DNA of 64,000 bases from an uncultured Gammaproteobacteria bacterium. Lineage in GTDB: Bacteria > Patescibacteriota > Patescibacteriia > S139-126. A model generated the notes under the pieces. That model saw only the letters and a list, made by a program, of their open reading frames with translations. It did not search any database and was not told where the DNA came from. Of this stretch, positions 45,376 through 55,900 are shown piece by piece. Within the stretch, counting starts at the first letter, position 1; each line of letters begins with the position of its first letter. The stretch covers positions 177,484-241,483 of the forward strand of contig CAZBLW010000001.1 of assembly GCA_964493305.1 (NCBI GenBank), written 5' to 3'. Both the position numbers and the translations under genes were made by a program.

Positions 45376-46826
45376 AAATTTTCCTGGGTGTTTTGGGTGC
45401 CAATAACAATCACAAAATCGACCGTTGTTTGGTTGGCTTGAATAAGCGGTTCTTGATTTAATTTTTCTTGGAGTTCAAAAGGTAATTCTGTTTGGATAAC
45501 CGCACCGAGTGAATTACTGATAAATTCGCGTGAACTATTTTTATTTTTTTCACTTAAATCATAGGCGGTTGTTCTAGTCCAGTCTCTAGTGGGAGCATTG
45601 CCGGTTAGAATTACAACATAACCTGCTTGAGTCAATTTGGTCGCGGTGTCAGCGGCTAGTCCTGTAATATTGGTGCCGTTGTAGATTACAACTGTACTAG
45701 CTTCATCTTGAATAGCAGTGGTAGCAAAAAGATTGTTGAAAAATTCATGGATTTGCTTGAAGTCATTACCTCGAGGACTTAAAACATAAGCACCGGTGTC
45801 GGCAATATAAGAGTAGAGTAAGCCATCAGGTGAACTATCTAAAACTTTATTGATAATATCGTCGGGTTTTATATTGTGTCCCAATTGAGCTAGTCGTAGT
45901 GCTTCAAAGGCTTTGAGATTGGTTGAAATATTGGCCGTTAAATTGTCATAAAGGTCGTTGAGTTTCATGGGATTTAATAAAGTACCGGCGGACATAATTT
46001 TATTTTTTACTGCCAGTAAAATTTGCATTTGTCTTCGGGAACGGGCAAAGTCAGAGCCTTGACCGTTGTTGCCATGACGAGATCGAGAATATTGTAAAGC
46101 TCGTTCGCCATCCATGTGTTCTATTCCTTTGCTAAAAGAAATTGTTTGGTAACCATGATCATAATCAGGATACTGACTGTCGCTAAAACTGTTTTCAATA
46201 TTGATATCAATACCTCCCAAATCATCAATTAATTTTTTAAAACCATTGAAATCTACTCGAATAAAATAATCAATTGGTTGGCCGATAATTTGACTTACCA
46301 TTTGCGAGCTAAACGCCGCTCCACCTCCAGGGTAATTACCAGTTTCACCATAGGCATTGGCACTGTTTATTTTACGCCAGCCATAACTACCCATATCCAC
46401 GTATAAATCTCTGGGGATAGAAACCATTGCCAATTGTTTAGTCGTCGGTTTAAAACTCACGACAATAATAGTGTCAGTGAGATAGGCACCATCGTGTCCT
46501 TCGCCACCCATGCCCAGTAAAAGAAAATTTATTTGCTCTCTTTGGTCAGCGGCATTTATTCTATCGGCGTTGGTGAACAGATGTTTAAAACCAGCCAACC
46601 AAGAAAAATCGTTTAAAGTAGCCCCCAAGGGTGTGGCGGAAATACGAATATATACCAACAAAGATCCTAAGAAAATAAGGAAGGCCACAATAAAAATAAC
46701 ACCTTTTATGAGACCGCGCTTGGTGGGTGTTGGTTTAGTAATGGTGACATTACTTTCATTGGCCTCAGTTGGATTGGTGTCGGATTTGAGAAAATCCAAT
46801 TGTATATCTTGGTTTGGTTTGGACAT
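45372..46826 (-). CDS. LytR-CpsA-Psr (LCP) family cell-wall polymer transferase with an N-terminal TM anchor
   Basis: LLLGMGGEGHDGAYLTDTIIVVS......A.VSIPRD.YV is the LCP core, plus a C-terminal LytR_C-like extension. Confidence 0.8.
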   Translation of the reverse strand: MSKPNQDIQLDFLKSDTNPTEANESNVTITKPTPTKRGLIKGVIFIVAFLIFLGSLLVYIRISATPLGATLNDFSWLAGFKHLFTNADRINAADQREQINFLLLGMGGEGHDGAYLTDTIIVVSFKPTTKQLAMVSIPRDLYVDMGSYGWRKINSANAYGETGNYPGGGAAFSSQMVSQIIGQPIDYFIRVDFNGFKKLIDDLGGIDINIENSFSDSQYPDYDHGYQTISFSKGIEHMDGERALQYSRSRHGNNGQGSDFARSRRQMQILLAVKNKIMSAGTLLNPMKLNDLYDNLTANISTNLKAFEALRLAQLGHNIKPDDIINKVLDSSPDGLLYSYIADTGAYVLSPRGNDFKQIHEFFNNLFATTAIQDEASTVVIYNGTNITGLAADTATKLTQAGYVVILTGNAPTRDWTRTTAYDLSEKNKNSSREFISNSLGAVIQTELPFELQEKLNQEPLIQANQTTVDFVIVIGTQNTQENL

Positions 46827-47049
46827 AACTAAAAGCTTGATAAGTCTATATAATAATACCTAACAAACTAAGGTTAGGTCAATATAAATATTTGCTTTTT
46901 TAGTAAATTTTCAGTATTATAGCTACGACTTGAAAAGAGGTGGTTTTTATTTTACACTTAGAGCACTTTGCTATTTTGTTTAAACTCCTCTTAAGACAGA
47001 GTCAGTGGTGCCTAAGTTTAATTTATTGAGTTTTATGAAATGATAGTTT

Positions 47050-47126
<77 letters not shown>

Positions 47127-47164
47127 GCTTAATAAAAATTATTGAATTTTTTTTAAAAATAATT

Positions 47165-47761
47165 ATGTTAAATGATAAACAAATAAATCAAGCGGCTAAT
47201 AAACAAAAAATTAAAGAATTTGTTTTAGAAATATTACGTATTCTGGTAATTTCCGTGGCTATTATTGTTCCAGTTCGTTATTATTTAATCCAACCTTTTT
47301 ATGTTAAGGGCGCCAGCATGGAGCCCAATTTTCATGATCACGAGTATTTGTTGATTGATGAAATTTCTTATCGTCTACGTACACCTGAAAGAGGAGAAAT
47401 AGTTGTTTTTAGATATCCCTTAAATACCAAGGAATATTTTATAAAAAGAATAATTGGCTTACCAGGTGAGACAGTGGTTTTGCGTGACGGTCAGGTTTAT
47501 ATTTACAACAACGACAATCCTGATGGATTTGTTTTGGATGAATCAAGTTATTTATCCGATCAAGTCAAAACTACACCGATGGCTGAAAGTTCGGTTACTT
47601 TGAGTCAAACCGAATATTTTTTAATGGGTGACAATCGACCGCGGAGTATGGATTCGCGGCAATTTGGTAGCGTCAATAAAGATTTAATTGTCGGACGAGC
47701 TATCATTCGGGGTTATCCGTTTGATCGCTGGCAAACTTTTTTTTCAAGTCCATTATATTAG
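47165..47761 (+). CDS. lepB: signal peptidase I
   Basis: VKGASMEPNF (Ser box), KRIIGLPGETV, GDNR..S.DSR. The start was moved to the ATG at 47165; the track ORF start at 47048 overlaps tRNA-Val. Confidence 0.85.
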   Translation: MLNDKQINQAANKQKIKEFVLEILRILVISVAIIVPVRYYLIQPFYVKGASMEPNFHDHEYLLIDEISYRLRTPERGEIVVFRYPLNTKEYFIKRIIGLPGETVVLRDGQVYIYNNDNPDGFVLDESSYLSDQVKTTPMAESSVTLSQTEYFLMGDNRPRSMDSRQFGSVNKDLIVGRAIIRGYPFDRWQTFFSSPLY

Positions 47762-47767
47762 TATTAT

Positions 47768-49147
47768 ATGAATAAAAAAAATACCAAAGATAGCGCTGAG
47801 AAAAAAGATAGCGCTGAAAAAGTAGAAAAAACTAAAAGTCCTACCTTTCAGTTAGTTAGGGGTACCAAAGATATTTTACCTGATGACCAGGCTTATTTTT
47901 TGTGGGTTTTTGATCAGGTGAGAGCAGTGGCTGACAGTTATGGTTTTGGCAAAATTGAAACACCAGTTATAGAAAAAACCAACCTGTTTGTTCGCGGTGT
48001 CGGTAAACAGACTGATATAGTAGAAAAGGAAATGTTTTCATTTACTGATCAAGGCGGTGACAACATAACTTTGCGTCCCGAAGGAACAGCCCCAGTAGCC
48101 CGAGCTTATATTGAGCACGGTATGTTAACTTGGCCGCAACCGGTGAAGTTGTGGTATTTTGACAAAATGTTACGCCACGAAAGACCTCAGGCAGGACGTT
48201 TGAGAGAGTTTCATCAGTTTGGTTTTGAATCCTTGGGAAGTGATGATCCCATGATTGATGCTCAGATCATTTTTATTAGTTATAAAATCATGAAACAACT
48301 GGGCTTAGATGTGTCAGTAGCCATCAATAGTATCGGTACTGAAGAGTGCCGAGCACAATACAAAAAAGTATTGGTAGATTATTTTCGCACCAAGCGCAGT
48401 GAATTGTCTGATGAAGCAAAAAAATTACTAACCAAAAATCCTTTGCGAATTTTAGATACCAAAGAGACGAATCTACTACCAATTATTGATCAAGCGCCAC
48501 AAATATTTGATTATTTAAGCGATGCTAGTCGGGAACATTTTCTAAAAGTAATGGATTATTTGGACGAATTGGATGTGCCGGTTATTTTGAAACCAACTTT
48601 AGTTAGGGGTTTAGATTATTATACTCGAACTGTTTTTGAGATTTGGTCTGGTGAAGAAGAAGCGTCGCGTCAATCAGCTTTAGGTGGTGGTGGCCGTTAC
48701 GATGGTCTAATAGAATTATTGGGTGGTCGTTCCACACCAGCAGCCGGGGTGGCGGTTGGCATTGAAAGAGTGATTAGTTTGTTGAAAGAAAAAAATATTA
48801 CTCCTCAGGGAAGTTATCAGCCTGATATTTTTGTGGCTCAGTTGGGGGAGGAGGCAAAACGTAAAAGTTTATTGTTGTTTGAAGAGTTGAGAGCCGCTGG
48901 CATCAAAGTAGCAGAAAGTTTATCTAAGGAAGGTTTGAAATCGCAACTGGAAAAAGCGGATAAATTAAAAGTAAAATACGCAATTATTTTAGGGCAAAAA
49001 GAAATTTTGGATGGGACAGTGATGTTGAGAGATATGGAAAACGGCATTCAAGAGGTTATCGATATGAAAAAAGTTTTAGTTGAAGTGCAAAAACGTTTAG
49101 AAAAACAGTTGCGCATCCAAGCTGAGCAGGATAAAGCAGGTGAATAG
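47768..49147 (+). CDS. hisS: histidine--tRNA ligase
   Basis: Class II motifs (FRGTKD.LP, ...R.E), HisA/HisB regions GGGGRYDGL, and an anticodon-binding C-terminus. Confidence 0.9.
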   Translation: MNKKNTKDSAEKKDSAEKVEKTKSPTFQLVRGTKDILPDDQAYFLWVFDQVRAVADSYGFGKIETPVIEKTNLFVRGVGKQTDIVEKEMFSFTDQGGDNITLRPEGTAPVARAYIEHGMLTWPQPVKLWYFDKMLRHERPQAGRLREFHQFGFESLGSDDPMIDAQIIFISYKIMKQLGLDVSVAINSIGTEECRAQYKKVLVDYFRTKRSELSDEAKKLLTKNPLRILDTKETNLLPIIDQAPQIFDYLSDASREHFLKVMDYLDELDVPVILKPTLVRGLDYYTRTVFEIWSGEEEASRQSALGGGGRYDGLIELLGGRSTPAAGVAVGIERVISLLKEKNITPQGSYQPDIFVAQLGEEAKRKSLLLFEELRAAGIKVAESLSKEGLKSQLEKADKLKVKYAIILGQKEILDGTVMLRDMENGIQEVIDMKKVLVEVQKRLEKQLRIQAEQDKAGE

Positions 49148-49241
49148 TAATTCGGTTTGACAAAGAGCGGTAAAAAATGTTATACTTAAATAATAAAAAT
49201 AGATTATTATAAATATTTTTTAGAAAGGAAGGTGCATTTAT

Positions 49242-49502
49242 CTGGTAGAAGTAAAAAGGAAAGATAATGAATCTTTTGATCAATTCTTGAGAAGATTTAC
49301 TAAAAAGAACAGAGATTCAGGTGTTTTACTAGAAGCCAAAAAATTACGCTGGCATGAAAAACAAAAAAACAAGCGTCAGCAAAAAGATTCGGCTTTACGT
49401 AAAATAAAGATCAATGACAAAAAAGAATGGCTTAAACGCATAGGTAAATTGGATGATTATACTGATAGTTTTGGTCGCGTAAAAATTAAAATCAAAAAAT
49501 AA
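49242..49502 (+). CDS. rpsU: 30S ribosomal protein S21 (start codon uncertain; non-ATG, CTG/ATT region after SD AAAGGAAGGTG)
   Basis: ..VEVKRKDNESFDQFLRRFTKKNRDSGVLLEAKKLRWHEK aligns with S21 (VRENEPFDVALRRFKR..KAGVL.EVRRR..F.K). Promoter TTGACA(49158)-18-TATACT. Confidence 0.75.
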   Translation: MVEVKRKDNESFDQFLRRFTKKNRDSGVLLEAKKLRWHEKQKNKRQQKDSALRKIKINDKKEWLKRIGKLDDYTDSFGRVKIKIKK

Positions 49503-49954
49503 TGAGTTTAGCTAATCAGTTTGAAGCAGATTTAAAAAGTGCTTTAAAACAAGGTCATAAGGACGTAGCACTGACTTTGCGTATGTTGAAAGCCAGTATC
49601 TTAAATGAGCAAATATCACAAAAAATTGACAAAGCAAATGCCGCTAGCGATGATTTGGTTTTGGCAGTACTGAAAAGGGAAGTTAAGAAAAGAAAAGAAG
49701 CAATTACTAGTTACCAACAGGCTGGGCGCAATGATTTGGTAGCCAAAGAACAAGCTGAATTGGCAATTTTGGATAAATATTTACCAGCCCAATTGTCTGT
49801 TGAGGATATTGCTAGGGTAGTTGATGAAGTAATTAATCAGCTAGCTGCTGATGAAAAAAATATTGGCACGGTGATGAAACAAGTTATAGCCAAAATTGGT
49901 AATCAGGCCGACGGTAAAACTATTTCAGCTATAGTTAAAGACAAATTAGCTTAA
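49502..49954 (+). CDS. yqeY: GatB/YqeY-domain protein
   Basis: L..DLK.A.K.....L...R.L.A.I.N......; the conserved rpsU-yqeY pairing supports the call. Confidence 0.75.
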   Translation: MSLANQFEADLKSALKQGHKDVALTLRMLKASILNEQISQKIDKANAASDDLVLAVLKREVKKRKEAITSYQQAGRNDLVAKEQAELAILDKYLPAQLSVEDIARVVDEVINQLAADEKNIGTVMKQVIAKIGNQADGKTISAIVKDKLA

Positions 49955-49964
49955 AATAATTTTC

Positions 49965-52900
49965 ATGCAATTATTTTCTTTTCCGCTAAGTAATGTTTCG
50001 GAAAAGCGTTCTACTTTTCCTGTTTTAGGTACTCATTTTTTAAAGACAGCTCTACGCAATTTATTGGCAACAATAATTTTAGGAGCTGTTTTTTTTGTGC
50101 CTTCGCTGGTGCAAGCCCAAACGCCTGATTTTGGTTTGGGTTACGGTTCGGCGATTGGTTTGGGTACTCAGGATATCAGAGAAACCGTGGCCCGAATTAT
50201 TAAAATAGTTTTAGGTGTTTTGGGAATAATTGTTACTTTGATTATTATTTATGCCGGGTATGTATGGATGACCGCAGCGGGCAATGAACAACGGGTGAGT
50301 ATGGCCAAAAAGATTCTTATCAATGGTGTAATTGGTTTACTAATTATCATTTTGGCTTATGCCCTGACCGTCTGGATTTTTAGAGTAATTATTGGTGGTA
50401 CTACTGGCGGGGGCGGGGGTAGTTGTATTGATGGGCAAACCAGTGGTTGTACCCGTTGTGTGGGCGGAGCTTGGATTTATGATGGTACTTTACCTGGTTG
50501 TACTTTGCCGGGAGCTGATTTTAGAGTAAAAGACATTACTACCACGCGTGAGGGAGTAAGTCCAGCCCAAAATGTATATTTGTGTTCTCGAGTTCAATCA
50601 ACTTTCAGTAATCGTTTACAAGCAGAGTCCGTGGCAGCAGCTTTGACAGCCAATCAATTAAGAATCGATACTTTTGCGGGTGATTGGCAAACTACCAGTA
50701 ATGTTTTGACTTTTAAACATGATGATAATATATTTACCGCCAACACCGCTTACCGATTGTTACTGCCGCGACAAGGCAACACTACTCCACTGCAAGATCA
50801 AAGCGGATTAACTCTTACTCAGTGTGATCCGATTGTCGGTTGTGCTAGTACCTTGGAACATTTTACTTGGGATTTTACTACCGGTGAAGAAAACGATATT
50901 GTTGCCCCGACTATTACCACAACTTATCCGATTTCTGATGTAACCAGTCCAACTTATCCTGATCGCAATGTTACTCGTTCGCCGATCTTAGAAGCTTATT
51001 TTTCCGAAAGTATAGATGCCACTTCCGTAGCTGATGCCAATGGCCATCCTTTGGCTGGAGTTATTACTTTAGAAAGATTATCTACTCAAGGCGGTAGTGT
51101 TGATTTGACCATACCCAATGACCAGTTGGAGGTTTATTTTGTTGACAATGGTTTTCGTTTCAATTTGATTGATCCAAATTTATTGGATAGTTTCCGGTGG
51201 TACCGAATTACCATTCAAGGAGTAGAGGATTTGTGTGGTAATCAAATGGAAGCTCCCAAGGTGTGGGAATTTCAAACCAATGACTCAGCACCGGGGGTAA
51301 GAAGTTGGTATCCAACTGGTACCAATCAATGTACTGATGTTGATGTGATTGTTGGTTTCAATAGTTCAATGTTTGATCAACAAGTAACCTTGGTAATTAC
51401 TGGAAGCGATGGCAGTGTGTATAGCGCTACTATTAGACCATCTTTACTGGAACCAGGACCTTATCAGGTAGCTGGTAGTGGTGGAACTTTGTCAGTGGCT
51501 GATCCCGGATTGCCTTATAGCAATAATTTTAAATCTTTTGTTTTTAGGTCAACTAATGGCTGGCGAACCAATACAACTTACTCAATCGCTATTACTACTG
51601 ATTTAGTAATCAATACCAATGGCGACACACTGTCACATAACTGGACTTTTAGTACTTCTGACCCAGCTAGTTGTGCTTGCGCTCCTTATATTATGTCAGT
51701 AAATCCCAATCAGGGAATGGCCGGACAATGTGTCACTGTTCAGGGGCGTTGTTTTACTGGTACTACTGCCAACCCAGCTGATCTAACAGCTGTTACTATC
51801 AATGGCCAAACTGTTACCGTTGGCGGGTCTGATAGTAATTATTTTACCACCACCATACCTGATAATTTGCCAGTAGGTACCCAAGCACCAATTGTTGCTA
51901 CGATTACTTATCAAAATCCTACTTTTGGTAGTATCACCAGTAACAACAATGTAAATTACTATGTAAATCAACCCGGAGTTTATAATGGTCCCTGTTTATG
52001 GTCAGTAGTACCTTCTTTAGGATGTGTTGATACAACTGTCACTTTAGCTGGTGTCAGATTTGGAGCTGATCCAGGAAGTTATGAAACTGACCAAAACAAT
52101 GTCACCTTCAATTTAAACAGGCGTGCTCGACAAGCAGATTTTAGTTTGTGGTCAGATAGTTCGATTCGTACCCGAGTACCACAAGCAGCAGTGGATGGTA
52201 ATGTTTATGTGACCGCCAATGGACTGGCAACCAATGGCATTCCTTTTGATATTTCTTGCGGATCAGGGGGGGCTTGTTCGTCAGATCCCAATAGTTGTAT
52301 CCCAAATTCAGCCAGTTGTGCTATTGGTTATGAATGTAATACCAGTTGTATTTGCCAAGCAGTTGGTGGTGGTTTGGGTGATCCTTGTAGTTCTGACCCC
52401 AATAGTTGTGTACCAAGTGATAGTTGTATTCCATCATTGGTTTGTGATCCGACAGATTGTATATGTGTTGATGATGGTACTGGCAGCGGTAGCAGTTTTA
52501 GAGTTTCTACTGCATGGCCAACTTGTGATGGAGCTTGTATCAACTCCGAAGTGGGCTTAAGATTTTCTACCAGTGTAAATCCCACTACCGTCACTAATTC
52601 CAATATAGCCGTGTTTGATTATCGGGACAGCGGTTTCACGCAACTGGTTGGTGAAGAACAAATTACTGTATTTTTAAATACAATCACCAATGAAATTTAT
52701 ATTTATCCTGATGGTAATTTGACTGGTGGTCATTATATCAGAGTAGTAGTGCGCGATGAGCTTTTGGGTAGTTTAGGTCAGACAATCGAGAATTTAAATT
52801 TTGATGAGGATGGCAATGGTACCAACGATAGTTATGCCTGGACCTTTAGTACCAACAACACTACTTGTAGTTTAACTGGTGTGGAAACAAGCCCCGCTCA

Positions 52901-55900
52901 AATGTCATTTTTGAATATCAATCAAAGTCAGACCATTTATGGCAGGGCAATTTCAGCACAACAATGTGGTACTAACCAATATGTCAATCCTTGGGTTTAT
53001 GATTGGAAGTGGGAAGATACTGACCGCGAAACTATTGCTCGGGTGAGTAACAATGACACCAATGATGATCGTCGGTTTGATCCCAATCAAACCGTGACCT
53101 CGGTTGCTACTGGCGAAACCCAAATTATTGGTGCGGTTGATGCTTTGTCGGATTTGACTGATGTAACAGTTGGTAATAGTGGAATTGGGGTGAGTTGTGA
53201 CAATGATCCCAATACGCCACAGTGTGAACTAAACAACGATGTTTGTCGTAATTTTGGTTTGGTTTGCGATCCCAATGCCAATTGTACTTGTCAGGATGCT
53301 GGTAATACCCAACTTACTCCTGGTATTGTCAGTGTTATCCCTTTTAACAATCAAACCAATGTTTGTCGCAACAGTATTGTCCAAGTTACTTTTAACCAAA
53401 GAATGGACACTGGTTCAATTGTTTGGCAAAGCACTTTTAATTTAAACGATGATGATCGTGATGATGTCAGAGGCGGTTTAAGTTTTCTAACTGTCAATAA
53501 CGGTGTTTATGGTTGTAATAACTCTCAAGGGTGTACGGTAGCAAGATTTTATCCTTCCCGACCTTATTTTGCCAATACTTTACATACTATTACTTTAACT
53601 ACCGGAATAAAAAATTTAGCTGGGGTGTCACTACCTGCTAACTTTGTTTCTAGATTTACCAGTGGTAGTCAAATTTGTCGAGTAGAGACAGTTGATTTGC
53701 AACCCAATTATTATCTATTTACCACTCTCAATGAAAGTGTGGTTTATTTGGCAACGCCCAGAGATATACGTGGCGGTCTAATAGCACCTATCCCTGGTTT
53801 TTATGACTGGTCTTGGCAGTGGCAGAAAGTTGATGATGACAATGTAGTCACTATGGAAGATATTGGTAGTCCGGATAGGAGAAATTTAGTAGCACAACCG
53901 CGTAACGGAGTGGCTAGGATTACTGCTACGGCACAAATTACCACCGCTGACAGCTCGATTGGTGATACAGTCGGTAGGCAAATTAGCGATAGTAGTGAGG
54001 CTGAAGTATTTATTTGTATGTATCCCTGGCCAGAGACGCCACCAATGCAGGATTCACAGTATGGTTTTCAAATGAAATATTGTCGGGGTAATGATTCAGC
54101 TAATTTGCTCGGTATGTTGTCCGATCCTGGTAGTTCTATTATTTCTTTAACTACTTCTGACCCGGATTTAGAAAGAGAGTATTTGTTTAATTATCTCGGA
54201 TCTTCTTTACCACCAGGTTATGAAGGTACTGACCCGTTTATTATTAGTAAAATAAAACAATCTAAGATTGGTAGATGGTTGATAGATACTTGGCAAAATT
54301 TATTGACTCTGTTTAATCGTCCTTCAGCCCTAGCACAAGTTTCGCAAGATGTGATTGGGTTGCGTATCTATGACAATCCCAATCGCCTAGGCCCCAGGGC
54401 ATGGTATGAACAAAAATCTTTTCCCAAAGGCAATCCGCAAGATATTACTGTCGATGGTTTTCCAGCAATCAAAGATGGTACCTCAGTTTATATCTTAGGT
54501 CCAAGACGTGCTGGTTCGATAGAAACTTATATTTATGTTTTGTCTTACAATGATCTTTCCAGTCAGACCAATATTCAGATTTTTAACCAATTGTTAAGTA
54601 ATTTCCGTTTTTATACTTTGTCAGCTCAAGAAAAACCACAAGTAGCCAGAGATTTGAAAAGACTAGCTGATGCCAGTTTTATCGCTACCCAAGTCGAGCG
54701 CTATCAAGATCAAACTGGCAGTTATCCAGCTCTAACTGCTGGCAGTTATATTGCTGGTATGTCGACTAGTAAGTGGCCTTCTTGGCAAGCCACACTTGCT
54801 AATCAGTTGGGAGTAAGTATACCCAATGATCCCATCAATAAATTTGCCAGTTATTGCTCCAATAACCCCACTCAAAACTGTTGGCAAAATAGTGATTGTG
54901 GTAGTGGACAGTGTTTATCAGGTTGTGCGGAAGGAGCAAACCCAGATACTTGTTGGAACGAAGTAACTCAACAATATTCTTGTCCGGCTGGTTCAGCTGT
55001 TTATCAATACCGTCGTTACGGAGTCAATGATTTTAGAATCGGAGTTTTGTTGGAAGTAAACGATTATGAAGCTTTACCTGCTTATTTAGATGTAAACGGA
55101 GCATATTGCAATGGTACGATTTATACTGGTGATGGTTTTTGTGGTGATGGTATAGTGCAAGCAGCTCTGGGCGAACAGTGTGAAGAAGGTCAACAAAGGT
55201 TAGCATGTGATCCCACTTGGCCAAATTATTATGATCCAGTTTATCAACAATGTGAATCAGATTGCCAATGGCCTGATGCACAAGTTTTTGCTTGTGGTGG
55301 TTATTGTGGTGATGGATTATTACAATCAGCTCAAGAAGCTTGTGATGGTACGGCTGGACTAGGAGGTGTCGGACCAGCTACTTGTTATACTGACTGTAGT
55401 GGTTTTTATTGTAATCCGGGTTATGTGTTAGTGGGTGGTGTTTGTCAGCTTGATTGGTGCAATCCAGCTACTCAGGACTGCTCTAGTCAAATACCCAATG
55501 GCAGTGGTTTGTATCAATCCTGTAATTTTGTGAGTGGCAATTGGCAGTGGTCAGATTGTCAGGTTACTAGCTGTAATCCTGGTTATGTGATCAGTGGCAA
55601 CTCCTGCGTTTTACCTCAACCCACCGTAACTATCAGTAGTCCGGCCAACAACTCCAATGGTGGCAGTAGTGTCACCATGACTTTTACTATCAACCAAGGC
55701 GGAGTGTACAATGTTTTGCGCGATGGCACAGTGGTTTATACAACCGGAGATAATGCCGGAACTTACACCTATAGTTTTACTGGTCTGACAGCAGGACCGC
55801 ACGTGTTGGGGGTATCAATTACCAATGCCAACGGTACCGGGAACGCACAAATAAATTACACAGTGAACCCACCACCACTACCCACCGTAACTATCAGCAG